Origin: Chrysomallon squamiferum
Taxonomy: Eukaryota > Animalia > Mollusca
Assembly: GCA_012295275.1 (NCBI GenBank)
Contig: CM022665.1
Span: forward strand, 42,470,001 to 42,534,000
Length of the DNA stretch: 64,000 bases
Direction of reading: 5' to 3'
Of this stretch, positions 39,601 through 54,100 are shown piece by piece. The notes beneath the pieces were generated by a model, which worked only from the letters and a program-made list of their open reading frames with translations, did not search any database and was not told where the DNA came from. Every line of letters starts with the position of its first letter. The first letter of the stretch is position 1. The position numbers and the translations under genes were made by a program.

Positions 39601-41600
39601 GAAAGAAAAATATAAGAAACCCAAAAGTTTCAAAAAAACAACAAAAACAAAAACAAAAAAAGAAAAAGAAAAAAAACCTGTATATAAAACATGCACCCAG
39701 AGAGTCCCGGAAAGATCAAACCAAACATATGTTCATAGATGTCTATATCTACACTCTAACCACTACAGGGTTTACCTTCAAATAGTGGATAGGCAACTGC
39801 CTCCTCATCCTTTTTACGTGAAAACAATTTCCCAAATGGTGATTTGGAACGAGAGCGTTTCTTCTCCTTTTCTATTGGCAAAATCATCAAAGATTAAAAA
39901 ACCAGACCCATATATAATAAAAACAATATGGCTGCTCAAGCTACCCATATCCAGAGGCAACAAGCTAATAATTGGAGTAGAAAAGGACTGATATCCTAAA
40001 GGGGACTACAACCCAGTACTAACATGCAAGCATTTATAATGCTGATATAAATTTAGAAATAAAATGACTGCGCTTTCCAATACATTTCCCACTGCCCTGT
40101 TAGAATTTAGCAGTATACCGAGCCATTACTAAGTGTTATAATACAATACTGTATTTATTATAATTAAAATATTTATAATTCCAGCACTATGGTTACAAAG
40201 CAAAAATAATGGTACTGCATGAAGAAATATATCCAGAATTCACACCAAAAATGTTAAAACTATTATAAACTTTAACAATTTCTATCCAGAACCAGCAATT
40301 TAAAAAAAAAAAACCAAAGACAATATTTCTTTAAAATGTTCCATTAATTAATGCTCGCCTATCTCATTTAATGAAAACAAAAATTCTAATAATCCCCAGA
40401 ACTATTTCAGGAAATTTTTTTTCTCTAGTAAAATGTATAAAAATGCATACCAAAGCATCCAAATTGAAGCATACCAAAAGGATTTAGTTTAAAGAAAAAA
40501 TACTGGGTTCAGGTTTGGGTTGAATATGTTAGAGGGATTTTCTAATAAAAGTTCAGCTTTGTGTTAAGATAAATTTATAAAAGCCTTCAGAAATATGATA
40601 CATACAAATAAACAGAGACAATATTCATAATATATGCATTCATATACTAAATGTTTTTTTGTTTTTTTAATATTTAGTCAAATGCTATTAAGTATTTATA
40701 TACAATGTAAAATTTTCATAAAACTTCAACTGGAAAGTTTGCTCATGAAAGGCATTCTTTACAAGTTTGTTCTTATTAACTTGAAAACATTTCACATGAT
40801 CACAGGTACCTAGTGTACTGTAATCCCTTTTAAGCAGAAAAATATGTATAAATCACAAACATGGAAGCTGTTCTGTGAATTGAGAAAAGCTAAAAATGCT
40901 GAAAACTGCATCAAATTAGTTACTTTAATATCTAACTGAAAAGTACGCAACTACAGAATAAATATGAAGAATAAAATCATACAGACTGAAGTAACAAAAA
41001 ATAAACAGAATTAATATATTTACACCACTATATGCACTAATAAATTTCTATTATCTTACATTGCTATTGCAAAACTGGTGTACTTACTAAGCTCGGATAA
41101 ATTAATTTCTGAACTATTCAGAATCCACTAATAATAATGAAATTAAGTATTTCATAAGATATAACAAATACATAAATCACCAGAAATAACCATGCAAAAA
41201 GTTCCCAAAACGCAAGACTGAGGGGTAAAAAGGGAAAAAGGGAAAAGGAAAAAGGGAAAAGAAAACAACAACCTTGTATCAAGTATAAGTAAGACGATTC
41301 AAAGAGATTTTAGGTTGGGAATGTTCTAGATTTAATAACTGGAGCAAATGATACATTTGATACAACATTTAAAAAAAATTAAATATTTAATGCACAAAAT
41401 GCATAAGTTCTGTATTGATTATATAATCAAAGTCATTGAAAGTTGAGACAACAGTCTGTTATACCAAAAGTGGAAGGTAAGAACATGATAATGTATGTAC
41501 CTCAAAATCCAATCTGAAGAATTATTTTGAGTTCACCAGATTTATGCTGTTCTGCAGTACAGATAGAAATATAATGTGGAAAATTTATTTATTTATTTAC

Positions 41601-41638
<38 letters not shown>

Positions 41639-44600
41639 ATATATATATGTGTGTGTATTTTTTATTTCCAGATACCACAAATAATGACTTTATTTAGGGA
41701 GGAAACAATTTAAAAATAAAGATAAAAAACAAAAGAAAGAAAAACAACCAATGACCCTTAAAATTAAACATTTTAAAATAAATTATTATATAGGGCATTT
41801 CACTGTCTGATGGAAAGGAAAAAGAGTCAATCTATCTAGTTTAAATATTACTGCAATATAATTCTGCTGCATCAAAATATCCTCATGCAATAATAGATGT
41901 ACCTTGTCCAAAACAAACTTTGCATTTCAGTAACCAGGATCAGTGAAACCAAAATTCAATTTACCACAGAGTTTTAGAAAATTATTAAACCAATGTTATA
42001 AATTGTTTAAAAGTTGGTTTTTAGATTTTCATTTGCCTCAAACTGCATTTTGTTAAAGTCAGCACACTAACAATGCCAAAATAAAAACGAAAAATGTTTT
42101 AAATATTCAAAAGTCTTTCACAGTTAATAAACATAAAAAGTATTAGTAATAATAATATTAGAATGTATCACAAGAATATTAAGAAAAATGTATTATTACT
42201 AATAGGTGAATGCCTCATTAAAGCAGCCTATATTATTTTTTTGCCATAATGATATACAACTTTGCAAGACAATTATGGATTCTTCTTTAATTTTTTACTT
42301 TGTATTATATATTTTATGAAGACAGTTCATTAAGTGTGAAGCATAATACATAATTTTATTACCACTATTTATTTATTTATTTATTTATTTAATTTACTTT
42401 TTTTTTATTTATATTTTTTTTATTTTTATTTTATTATTTTGTAGAGACAGGTTTCATGAACTGGTTTTCAAACTGAAAATCAGCAAAAACTAAACGATAA
42501 AGGAAACTGTAAATGAATGTGTGTGTACGTGTGTAAATGACAAGCAAGCAACTATGTTTGGTCACACACAACATACTTGGCGAGGCCGGTGACTGGGCAG
42601 GAGGGCGTGGGCCCTCAACCCGTGGAGTTTCTTGAGCTCTCACAATTTCTTCTTTTTCTGGAGAAGTAACTTTCTCTGCTGCCTTTCCAGCTGCTGCCTG
42701 ACCAACATCTACTGTTTAGAAAACACACCATGCAGACATACATGCACAAACAAACTACAGAACAAATGGTTTATTTTTTTTTTTAAATTAATAAACAATA
42801 ATAATAATAATAATTAAACAAAAATTGCACACTTTTGAAGTTTTTGTGACAATTTTTATTTTCTATTTTTATTTTGTTTTAAAACATTTTCCTTTTTTTA
42901 AATTATTTATATAAAAGGTATTTGAAATTGTTTTATTTCACAAGTATAAAATAATTGTTTTTTTTCTTTTCATTATCTCATCTTTAAAAAAAAAAGTGTT
43001 TGAAATTTTGAGCCAAAACTGCTTATTTTTAAACAGTCACAAAAACAGTCTGAAGTTTTAACTGATAAAGAACTTTTAAGATTAAATAAATAAATAAAAA
43101 CATTTTGACAAGCTATTGCAAAAGCAGCAAATAAGTATTTAAAAATAAGAAAATAAAACAAAATTATCACCACAAATTTTCATAAAAGAAGCAAAGAAAA
43201 AAAATAAAAAAATAAAAATAATAATAACAATAATAATAATAAGTATAAAAGTATAGTCCTTTATCAGTCAGTGTAACAATAACATTTATATGCAGACTAC
43301 ATTGCATACATGGCTTATTCAAAAACAACAACAAACACAATGAATTTAAAAAGTGAAAAAAAAATGGTTAGCTAACTGTTTTAGACAAAATAATAATTTA
43401 ACAAAACAAAAAAAATAACGGTGACACTACTATGAGAACATGATGATGGTACATGCAGGAGGCTTTCAAGCTGGTTAAACCAGAACAAGACTGTATTAAT
43501 ATTGTACATTATATCAAACACTTTTCTTTTTTTTTAACAATTATAACAATGATCAACAAATGAAAACAACAATATATATAATAAAACAATATCAATTATA
43601 TATATATATTTGATTAATTTATTTATTTATAATTTGAAGTCTTGTTCCAGCATTATAGTTAGGAAATTTAAAATTTTAGAATCTAGACTCAGAATAACAA
43701 AATAAATAAAAATAAATAAATAATTAAAACAACTAAATAAATATAAATAAATAAGTAAACAAAAATATCAACATTTCAAAGAACTTGTTTAAACAAAACA
43801 AAATAACCAAACATCTTATCTCAAGTCTAGAATCTAAAAAATGTTCAAGCAAACAGCATCAAAAATGCACTGTAAATATATCACAAGCAGTTTGAAATAT
43901 AGCAACAAATACATATCTGGTGTGTATATAATTACATGAATATAAGTATACTTCTGAAAACATGTGCAGAAACACTGTATCTGAAACAAAATAACAACCC
44001 AATCCCCAAACAAGTAAATTCATAATGTCAGCCCCTTGAGGTCAAAATGCCAAATGCAGTAGAAATTCAAATTTCATTATAGAAGAGAAAATGTCTCAGT
44101 CAGGCATATATTTAAAAAAAAAAGAGATATATATGTATAATCAGCTGATTATTAATGGAATAGTATATGTTGGCATTATGCTGTATAAACTAATCTATGT
44201 CACAGCAATCAAGTTTGTCACCTGCTGGTTTCTGCAGAAGTTTCTGTAGTCTAGTCATTTTGGTCCCTAAGCAAAAAATCAGTTTGTAAAGATTTAATCC
44301 CATAGCTTTAGGTCACAGTACATAAACTTGGAAAATCTGAGAAAATTAAACTCCATACAATTTCATACAAAACAATTATTTTTCAAGAGAATATTAATTC
44401 AAGAGTAGATGATGCATAAATATAAGGAAGTCTCTCTATATAAATAATATTCAGTGAAAGAAAACAGTTTCTATTTAATTTGTGTTCTCTGTCACCACAT
44501 AAGGTGCAGTTTTAAAATTCATATGACCACTTCATTAAGTGGTTATTTTCTCTGTAACCTATCTTTAAAAAAAACACTCCCACATTTGCACACAAACATA

Positions 44601-47600
44601 TATACATCTCAAGACTTGAGGATAAACAACAAACAGCATTTCTGTTCTGCATCAGCTGTGCATAATACAGGTTAAAATTACAGCCTGGAAAGCAGTATAT
44701 TGGGTTACTTCATTAAAAGATATAAGATGGTATTTCATGCTTTCCAATAAAATATTCAATGACAATCCACTCAAGTTAGCAGTTTCATAATCTTTATGAA
44801 GACTTAAATGTTTCTTGTTTTGTCCCTTTATTTCTTAGTTAAAAAAAAACAACTAAAAAAAAAATCTAAAAGTTTGATACTGGATTAAATAAAACAAATT
44901 AGATACTGAATTAAAAAATAAATAAATCAATAAATATGAAATAAAGATTAGTATTTATAAACTGAAAGAGATATCTCAGTGAAATATTTCATCTTTTTAA
45001 TTATTCTGGCAAATTATATTATTAACAAACACAATCAAAAGAGTAAGTCCAAGAGCAATGTTCTTCCTCAGAAGTTTTGCTTAAATGATTTAAATGGTAT
45101 CTTTAGAATAACCAATCAGATAAAAAAAAATTATAATTAAATAAAATCTGTGTTAGTGGATTAGTATATGATGAATAATGGTGACATTATGCTTGTTATA
45201 ATACTGGTTTATATAATTAAGCAGCTTCAAGAATAAATTTACCTTCGACACTGCAAAGAACAGCTCAAGTAAATGATTTGTAATGATAAAATGATAACAG
45301 ATGTTCCAAGCAGGTAATTCCCAGCATGTGATGGTTAAATAAAATTACCATATTTCGCTCTTCAGAATATATGGTTATGTAGCTTGGTATTAAGAAATAT
45401 GGATATAAAAAGGTAATTCAAGCATGCAATGAATGAAATGTAAATAAAGGATGACAATGAATTCTAAATGTTTACAATAATGAAATACAGAGTTTAAATG
45501 TAAAATTGAATAAATAAACAAACAAATAAATAAATAAATAAATAAAAAAAATATGAGTGAAATATGAAAGTCCACAAGTAAATAAAAATTCAAAGTAAAT
45601 AAAAATTCACCAATAAAAACCAATAAATTGATATTATCAGGAATACTTTAAAATATACACACTTGACTGGAGTCACTGTTAATAAAATCTCTGAACACAA
45701 TGACAGTGTTAGGTAATTAAGAGTAAAAACATGGTTACACCAAAGATTTTTGTTATTTATAAAACATTTTTAAAAGAACTCTTGCTACACTAACAACTTA
45801 CTGTACCATTAGCTATGAGGTATGTTATAATTATTAAGTATATAGATATATAACACATCAGGTTAAATTTAAATTTCTGTCAGAAAATATTTTAAATTCG
45901 GTCATGAAAATATTTAAAGTTAATTTTTAACAAACAATATTTTTTTTCTAACAACAAATTTAAAAAGGTGTAACCATGCTGCTACTATGACCTGAAGGTC
46001 ACAGTTTGACCTCTCACCTTCTGGTTCCTTCTCTCCATTAACAAGAGCTTCTGGTTCTTCTGTAGGTTGTTCTTCTGATGGTGAAGGAACTGGTTCTGGT
46101 TCTGGTTCTGGTTCAGGTCTGAAGAAATAGATGAAACACTTGTAAAGATAGATTTCATACATTTTAAGTCTGAAAGAACATACTCTACTTTTCTTTCTTT
46201 TTTTTTTTTTATTTTTGAATAAATTAAAAATTGAACCAAAATGAATAACATTTTTAAATGTGTCATGATCTATATCTACTAAATTCCATTTTAAAATTCT
46301 TTTTGTAGAGATATTAAGGATATTATGACAAAGCATTTCGAAACACTTTACATTTTATTAAATTTACAAATTATTTCAACCAAAATGAATCCATGTACTT
46401 CTAACAGCATTTATCAATTATTTTTCTTATAAATATCACATTTAACACTGCTAATCAAATCCAATAATTCTTGAAACATATCTCTAAATATATTCGTTTA
46501 GAAGGTAGTAATAGTTTTAATCTAGACAAAATGATGCTCACTCTGGTTCTGGGGGTAGAAACTCTTGTATGTGTTTTCTTCTCTTCTCCTCCTTGGCTCT
46601 GGCCACCTCCTCTGGGTGTTCTTTGCTGTATTCCTCCTCCTGTCGTTTCTGCCGTTCTCTCATTTCAAACTGAAAAAGAAGGTCAAACAAAAACAGTGAA
46701 AGAAAGGCTCTATGTGTGCATCTTTGGAACAAGATCTACAGACAATTAAATAGTTAATTATTTTAATCTGTTAATTTGTAATAGTAGCAGTTTTTAAATT
46801 TATCAAAATCAGTTCCAACAATGTGGTTGTGGCTTAAAATTTCTGCATTTCAAACATCTGATTAACACTTTTATGCATTTGCTTTATTTGCTAATATTTT
46901 AAAATGGACAATAATTTCTTTTTAACAGCTTATTCTAAAGTGGTGTTGTCAGTCTGTAAACAAAGAGAAAAACTGAAGGTATAGATATATTTTGATATAT
47001 TATAGATATATTATCTGATCCATGTGCCCACTATACTTCTCAAAACACAAACAAGATAAAAGAAGCACTTGGTAAATCCATTATCAACAAATTAAAAATA
47101 TATATGAAATAACATTTTAAATTTATTTTTGTTAACTCACTGTTGTCAGTTTCTCAAGAGCTGCAAATCTTTCTTCTTGTGTAGCAGCAGATTTTTCAAA
47201 GGCTTCGTGTTTCTTTATTAAGTTTTCTACAGCGTCCAGTGTTTCCTGCAAACATTAAGTTTTATATATATATTTTAATTATTTAAGAATACAAACTTGT
47301 CTAAAATATTTCTCAAATGAATAAATAAACACATGAAAATAAACATATCCCCAATTTAAATGATGTGTGGATAACCTTACACAAAACATTGCAGAAGGGA
47401 AAAATCATTTTACAGAGAAAATTAGATTGGAAATTTAAGAAATAAACATTTGTACTTTAGAACATGTACAGTATACTGAATTCTATTTCTGACTTTGTTT
47501 TTTTTTTTTTTTTGCCTAATTTCATTTTTATTCATCCAAGCAAGATACCTATACCATCTAATTCTACAATGTTTTATTATTTTGTTTTGTTTATATATTC

Positions 47601-48075
47601 TTTATCTTATCTTATATGCAACACTTACACCCAAGTCCATGTTCTGTAGGTATGGTTCCTGGGCCATCAACCATGCTTCAGCGACAGCTGCATCTCGGGC
47701 AAATTGGTACACCTCCAAAACTGAAAAATTTATTTAATAAATCACTTACACTCTAAATCATTTATCTGAATATCAATCTTTAAAATAATAATAATAATAA
47801 AACAGTATGTTAGTGACCAACAAATAAGCATCAAAATATCAGTAAGAAACAAATACAATTTTAATACAACATTTATCTAATTGAATAAATAGATATCTTC
47901 CACATTTTATGTCATTTTAATTTGTAAACTCAACAGAAGAAAAGTTAAATATTCAAACTAACAAATTAGTTAAGTCAGTGTATAATAAATGTTTTATTTA
48001 TGTATTAATGTTTAATAATAATACTAACTAATGCATCAATAAATTCATGAATTAAATAATAATAATCATAATAAC

Positions 48076-48132
<57 letters not shown>

Positions 48133-51100
48133 CATATAACCACAGATAATACTTACTGAGCTGTAGATGGTCCCATCGGTCACTCCATTGGTCTGTCATG
48201 TCCAGTCTCTGTAACGTCAGCTGTATCAGTTTCTCACGTACCTGTTAATACAAACAAGAAGGTTTTAAATTAATAAAAACAAACTTTTATCATCTTTTCC
48301 TAACACATCTGCCAACATTTTTTTTAAATTTTTAAATGAAACCCAAATTAGGTCATTTATTAATGTTTTACTGAAATTTTTATTAAAAAAATTAAATTAA
48401 CAAATAACATCTGAAGAAGAATGAACACTTGCCTCTTCGGAACGGTAGTGTTTGCGAGCAAGTAAATCTTTTCCTAGATTGATACAGATGGTGAAATTTT
48501 CCTCTCTGGCATCAATTTCAGCTTTCAAACTCTGGTGGTTGTTCATCAAAAGCTCAACTCCCGAGACATCCCTGTAAAAATGAAAAATATTTTCGTTAAC
48601 TGTCAAGCGAGTATGATTCAAATTATTTTATTAACATTTCTGAATCAGTTTATCTACTAATATAAGCAATAAAATTTATCAAAACATTCAATTCTGGTTC
48701 TATGTCAGACCCTTGTGCTAAAACTGAAACTATTTCCTCTGCTATTATAAATTGAACTGTTGACAAAATTTTACAGAAATAAAGTTGAACTTCGAAAAAT
48801 ATTCCTTCAAAATTTGAAATTCTGTAGCTTTATAGAGTTCAAACAAATATTTAAAATTTATGGAAACAAATTTAACTAAGAACTATGAAATTCATCCATT
48901 CCCTATTTGAGAACAATATTTACTTTGGTTTTTCTTGTGTGTTCATCTGTCTCATGATGTCATCCATCCAGAGCATGAGGTCGCGAGCCATCTGCATGAA
49001 GCGGTACAAGTCGCTGGCGTCAGCGAGCTTCACGCGGCGAGTCTCCACCATGATGTGCAGGTTGCGCCAGGCGTTGACGACATCAGTCTCGTGTGCCTGG
49101 ATGTCCTGCATGGAATTACCAGCGTAGCCAGCCTGCAGGCGAACAGACTCAGCCTGAATAGCCTCAACCTGAAACACAAAACCACCCCAGTGTTTTATAC
49201 TTGTTTTAAATATTTAAAAATTTTCACAACACTTACCAAAGCTTTTTCTTCTTCTTCTTCTGGTTTTTTTTAATTTTTAAAGTTTTATTAAACAATTTTT
49301 TTGTTTGATTTTCAAAGAAAATTAATAGATTATTTAATGACAAAAACATTTCTATCAAAATTAAAATGTATGAAAAGAAGTTTATGAATGCAAGTTATTA
49401 GATTATTTATAAATGAACATAATGAAACAGTTATTTTCTGTAATTAGTAATTTTACTGAAGTTTTAATGTAAATGAGACTGATGAAAAAAAAAAAAGAAA
49501 TATTATATATAGTGTAAAGGTTAACATACTTGGTGGCCAAGAGTAATTAGATCATTTTCAAAGTTTGCATGTTTCCTCTGCAGTGCAGCAACACTCTGGG
49601 CATCTCTGCCAAAGTCTTCTGGAATAGAGTTCTTCTTTTCCTGAAAAAGACAAGGACAAATGAACCATCAATCATAAAGATATTAAAAAACCCAGTTTAT
49701 CACCATTAATTTCTAAACTTTTTTGATATTATTAAAATATTTCACATTTATATATATTTCTTTTTTATGCTGAAAAATATTCTTGGTTAACCAGTTGTTA
49801 TTTTTTTTTTTTAAATTTGAAAAACATATCAGTATCTGAATATCTACATTTAATATTAAAACAACAAAATGTCAAGAATAAAAACCAACAGAATGGTTTG
49901 AAAACCTTAATAATAACTTTTTTTTCTTTTAAAAAAAAAATATGTTCTACTTATCAGTGCAAATATGATATTTGACCTATCTATTGGCATAACATATGTA
50001 GTCTTTTTTTTGTTTGTTTACTTACAAATATTCTTTCAATGGTGTCTTTACAGTCATGGTAGAACTTGTGAAGTTCCCAGGATGCCTGCAGAGCCTGTGT
50101 TCGTGTGTCTATCAACTCCAGTAAGTCAGTCCATGCTTCATTCACAGTGTCTTTGTACTCAGCCACGCTGGCAGCATCTGTATGGTCCAGAGATATCAGG
50201 TTATCACAGATTTCATTGGCTAGTGCCACACGCTCTTGACCAGCATTCTCAGTCTCACGAGCAAACTCTTTGAATCGTTCTTGCAGAAGCTAGAATGATA
50301 AAAAAAAAAAAAAAGTGTTAATTTAACATGTTTAAATTTTGGATAGTTGATCTGACGGAAAGTTAAGAAGAATGAACATTTTTCAAAATACACCATTCCC
50401 TCAAAAAAACAAAAGTTTAAATTTTTAAGTTTATTTAGTTAAATGGTTAAAAAGAATGAACATTTGTCAATACAAAAGGTAAAACAAAAATCTCTTATCT
50501 ATATAAAACATATGATGAACTGAGGGCTAAATGTAGTAGTTTTTTATTTTTTATTTCTAAGAAAATACTTTTTAACATTTTCTAAGTACAACAACAATAA
50601 CAAAAGATGATAATTTAAAAAGTGAAGTTCAAATAAAAAAATCACATACTGTAACATGTTCAAAGTCCTGTCCAGGCTCATTGGATCCAGCGACAATAGA
50701 TTTCTCTTGAATCCACAACAGCAAGTTGTCAATCTCACGCTGGAGTGTGTACAGTTTTAGCACCTCTTCAATCTTGCCTCGTCTCTCATTGGCCAAATCT
50801 TTGAGGCCTGCATACAACTTGTCCACCTGAGACTGACGGACATTGATAAGGTCACTAGCAGAAAAACAAAATATGTATGTTAAAATATTACAAGTCAAAT
50901 TAAAATGAATTTTTATGTTAAGAGATACAAAATCTAATTTTAGTAAATTTATTATTTAAATCATGACTACCTTTCAGGATGGTCGGTTTCCATAAGATTG
51001 CGACTGCGTTCACCAAGCTGTCGTACAACATCGGCATAGTCCTCAACAGCTTTCTCCAGATTCTGGTGTTTCTTCATCATGTTCTGTGCACCAATCTCAT

Positions 51101-54100
51101 CCTTGGATCGCTCTTCACCCATCATGTACAGTTCTTGTTCACTCATCCATGCCTCAGCTTCAGAGGCATCGAAATAGTACTGTAATACAAGTAAAAACAG
51201 TGCTATTTATTAAAGGGTCATCAGTTTAAAAATCTGAAAGCACCTGTCTGACAGTATTTTAATGTGTGCGCATGGATGTCTGACTGCATGTCTCTATTTC
51301 AGATTAATTTAGCTCAAAACATTACATTCATGTGGTATATCTTTCTTTTAAAATTCAAGGATATTAATATTTTCTGAAATGAAGTTTTCATAACCACTCA
51401 CAAATTAAACAAAATAATTTGTTTTAATACTTAAATCCAGAGTTCTTTTCAAAGAATTACACTGGTTACTTAATCAGAATTTCTGTCAGTAATAAGAAAG
51501 AAAATACTGGTCTTCTAATTTGGGCTTTATTTTTATTTTTTTATTCTTTTACTTTATTCATTTTTATTCATTTTTTATATATTTATTTGAGTTTTTGTAC
51601 GCACTGCAGTAGAAAAGAAAACAATTATTTACCTGTTGTGCTATTTCCGACAGCCTGAGGCGATCCTTCCTGGCGTTGGTGGCATCCTTGAGTTCCTGCC
51701 AGCGACGCATCAAGTCATCAATGAGAGCCTTGAACTCTTCTGACTGAGGGTGTCCCTCGTCAATCAGCTCCTGGCCCACCTCAATAATTCCTGTAATCCT
51801 TGGTTCATGGTTGTCAATCTCAACCTGTAGGGACTGGACAGGCAAAAACAAAATGCAAAAATTATTTAGCACTGTTTATAGGCAGATAGATAGAAGGGAT
51901 CAAATAAAATTTAAAAAAAGAGATTAATTATGATCCTGAACAATATGTAAAACCCAAACAAAAATTTCATGGAAAACATAATGGATGAAACACTTTGCCT
52001 ACAATTAAACTCTGTTGGTTATGTCACAAACATAAATATATTAATAATTTTTGAAAGTTTTACAAAATGAAATTTCACTTTTAGATGAAAACAGTCAAAT
52101 GATTATTTCAACTATTTATTATTCATTATAATCGCACCCACCACATGATAAATCTGGCTAAAATGTACTTTAAGAAAATAAATTTATACATAACAGAAAA
52201 AACAACTAACATGGTTTTTCTTTGTCAGGAGCTGCACACTGTGCAAGCTGTTTCCATAATTTGTTGATGTGGCAAGTGGCATTTTCTCCTCAATCCAGAG
52301 TTTCTCATCCTCTACGTCTCTCATGAACTGGTGTATGCGCTTCACCTTCTCCAGCATGTTGCGACGCTGGATCAGTGGCTGTTGTATTTTGGCAAACCTG
52401 AACAACAAAACAATTTTCAAATTTGGGATACCCAGTTTGTTAAAAAAAAAACTGTTTAAAATTGAGAAAACAAAACAAAAAACAAAAAAACAAAATTATT
52501 TTCACTTTCTTGTGGAAATTAAAGACAACTGTGTGTTATTTAGTAAAATACTGTCATAAATTAAAAATAATAAAGATGTTCTCTTTAATTTATGTGACAT
52601 CAGTTGACTAAAAATCTTTCTTTTCAAAAAGTCATACTGTCATACCACATCAGATTTTAAAACCAATGGAAGATTTAAAAAAAAAAAATTGTCCTAATTT
52701 TTTTTATCAAATTTGTAAGATATTCACCTCTCTGCTACAATAGCCTTTCTTCTTTCTATCTCCTCAACCTGGTCTGGCTCTTTCTGTGCCAACTGCTGAG
52801 CCTGGACTTCCAGTTCCATGACCTGTTGTTCTTTTATCTTCATCTGGCTTTCCAGCATCTAAATTTACAAACATTTACTTTCTTATTTTTGTCCAGTATG
52901 TACAACAAAGATATTTCTCCAAAACAGCATCAAGAACAAAATGTAAAGAGTCTTATTCAGGTACGTATTTATTTTTAAATTATATATAACAGAGAGGGAG
53001 AGGGATATCGTAGGTAAAAAAAGATGTAGACTAAAACTAGAACTAAGAGATGAGATGAGATGAGATGAGAGAGAGAGAGAGAGAGAGAGAGAGCTTTTAA
53101 AAACTTACATGTTGTTTCTGGACATTAAGATTGACAGTGGTGAGGTCCTTTCCAAAATCTTCAGATGTAATGACCTGGGATTCAAGGGCACTAATCCATC
53201 CATCAACATCATCACAACTCTGCTTGAAGAGTATAGAACGATTAGCATCAAACAACTTCTCTCCCTTTGTCTTGGTGGTTTCCTCCAGTTCTGCCCACTG
53301 TTCATTCAGATTTGCCAGGATTGGCTCAAGCTGTTCAGAACATTCTGGTTTCTCTCGGATCAGTGCCTCACCCTCCTGCAAAATATATATATATTTTTTT
53401 TTAATTTCAAAAATTTCAAAAATAAATGACAATTATTTAGCCTTTAATTTATGTAAATTCATAGTTCAGCCATGTTTAAAGGAAGAAAACTGCAACAAGG
53501 CAATGTGCTATGTAAAAATTTCTTACATATATTCATAAGTGTCTGTTTAATCAGTTCAAAAAATAAGTGACAAGTACTTGTTCTTTAGTTTTAGTTTAAA
53601 CATTAGATAACAGACATTTCTTACATATATTCACTGATGTCTTTTTAACTGGCACTATTTAGTACTTATAGTCAATGTACTTTTATTTTCACATCCTATT
53701 ATATATATGATGGGGAAACTTAGAATTATTAGTTTGGAATAAATCCATTCTTGGTAGAAATTAAATTCCAAACCTGAATGAGGTGTTCCAGTCTTTCTTT
53801 ATTTGCAGCAATCTCTGACTCAAATGCCTGGTGTCGCATGTATTTGCTGTGAAGATTCTTAGCGTCTCTGTAAGATTCATCCTGGGCAGCAGCCATCTTG
53901 TCATTCAGCCAGTCACTCAACTGGAATACAAGTAATTATTTCAATGAAAACAAAACAAACTAAAGTCACTGTAGTAGCAGATGAATAAAAATACTCATGC
54001 ACATTCTGAATAGCTTCTCAGTCCTTTATTTTCTTTTTTACTTCTCTCTGCTTTTCTATTTTCACAAATTACAGAATACAAAATGCTAAACATTTTTAAA

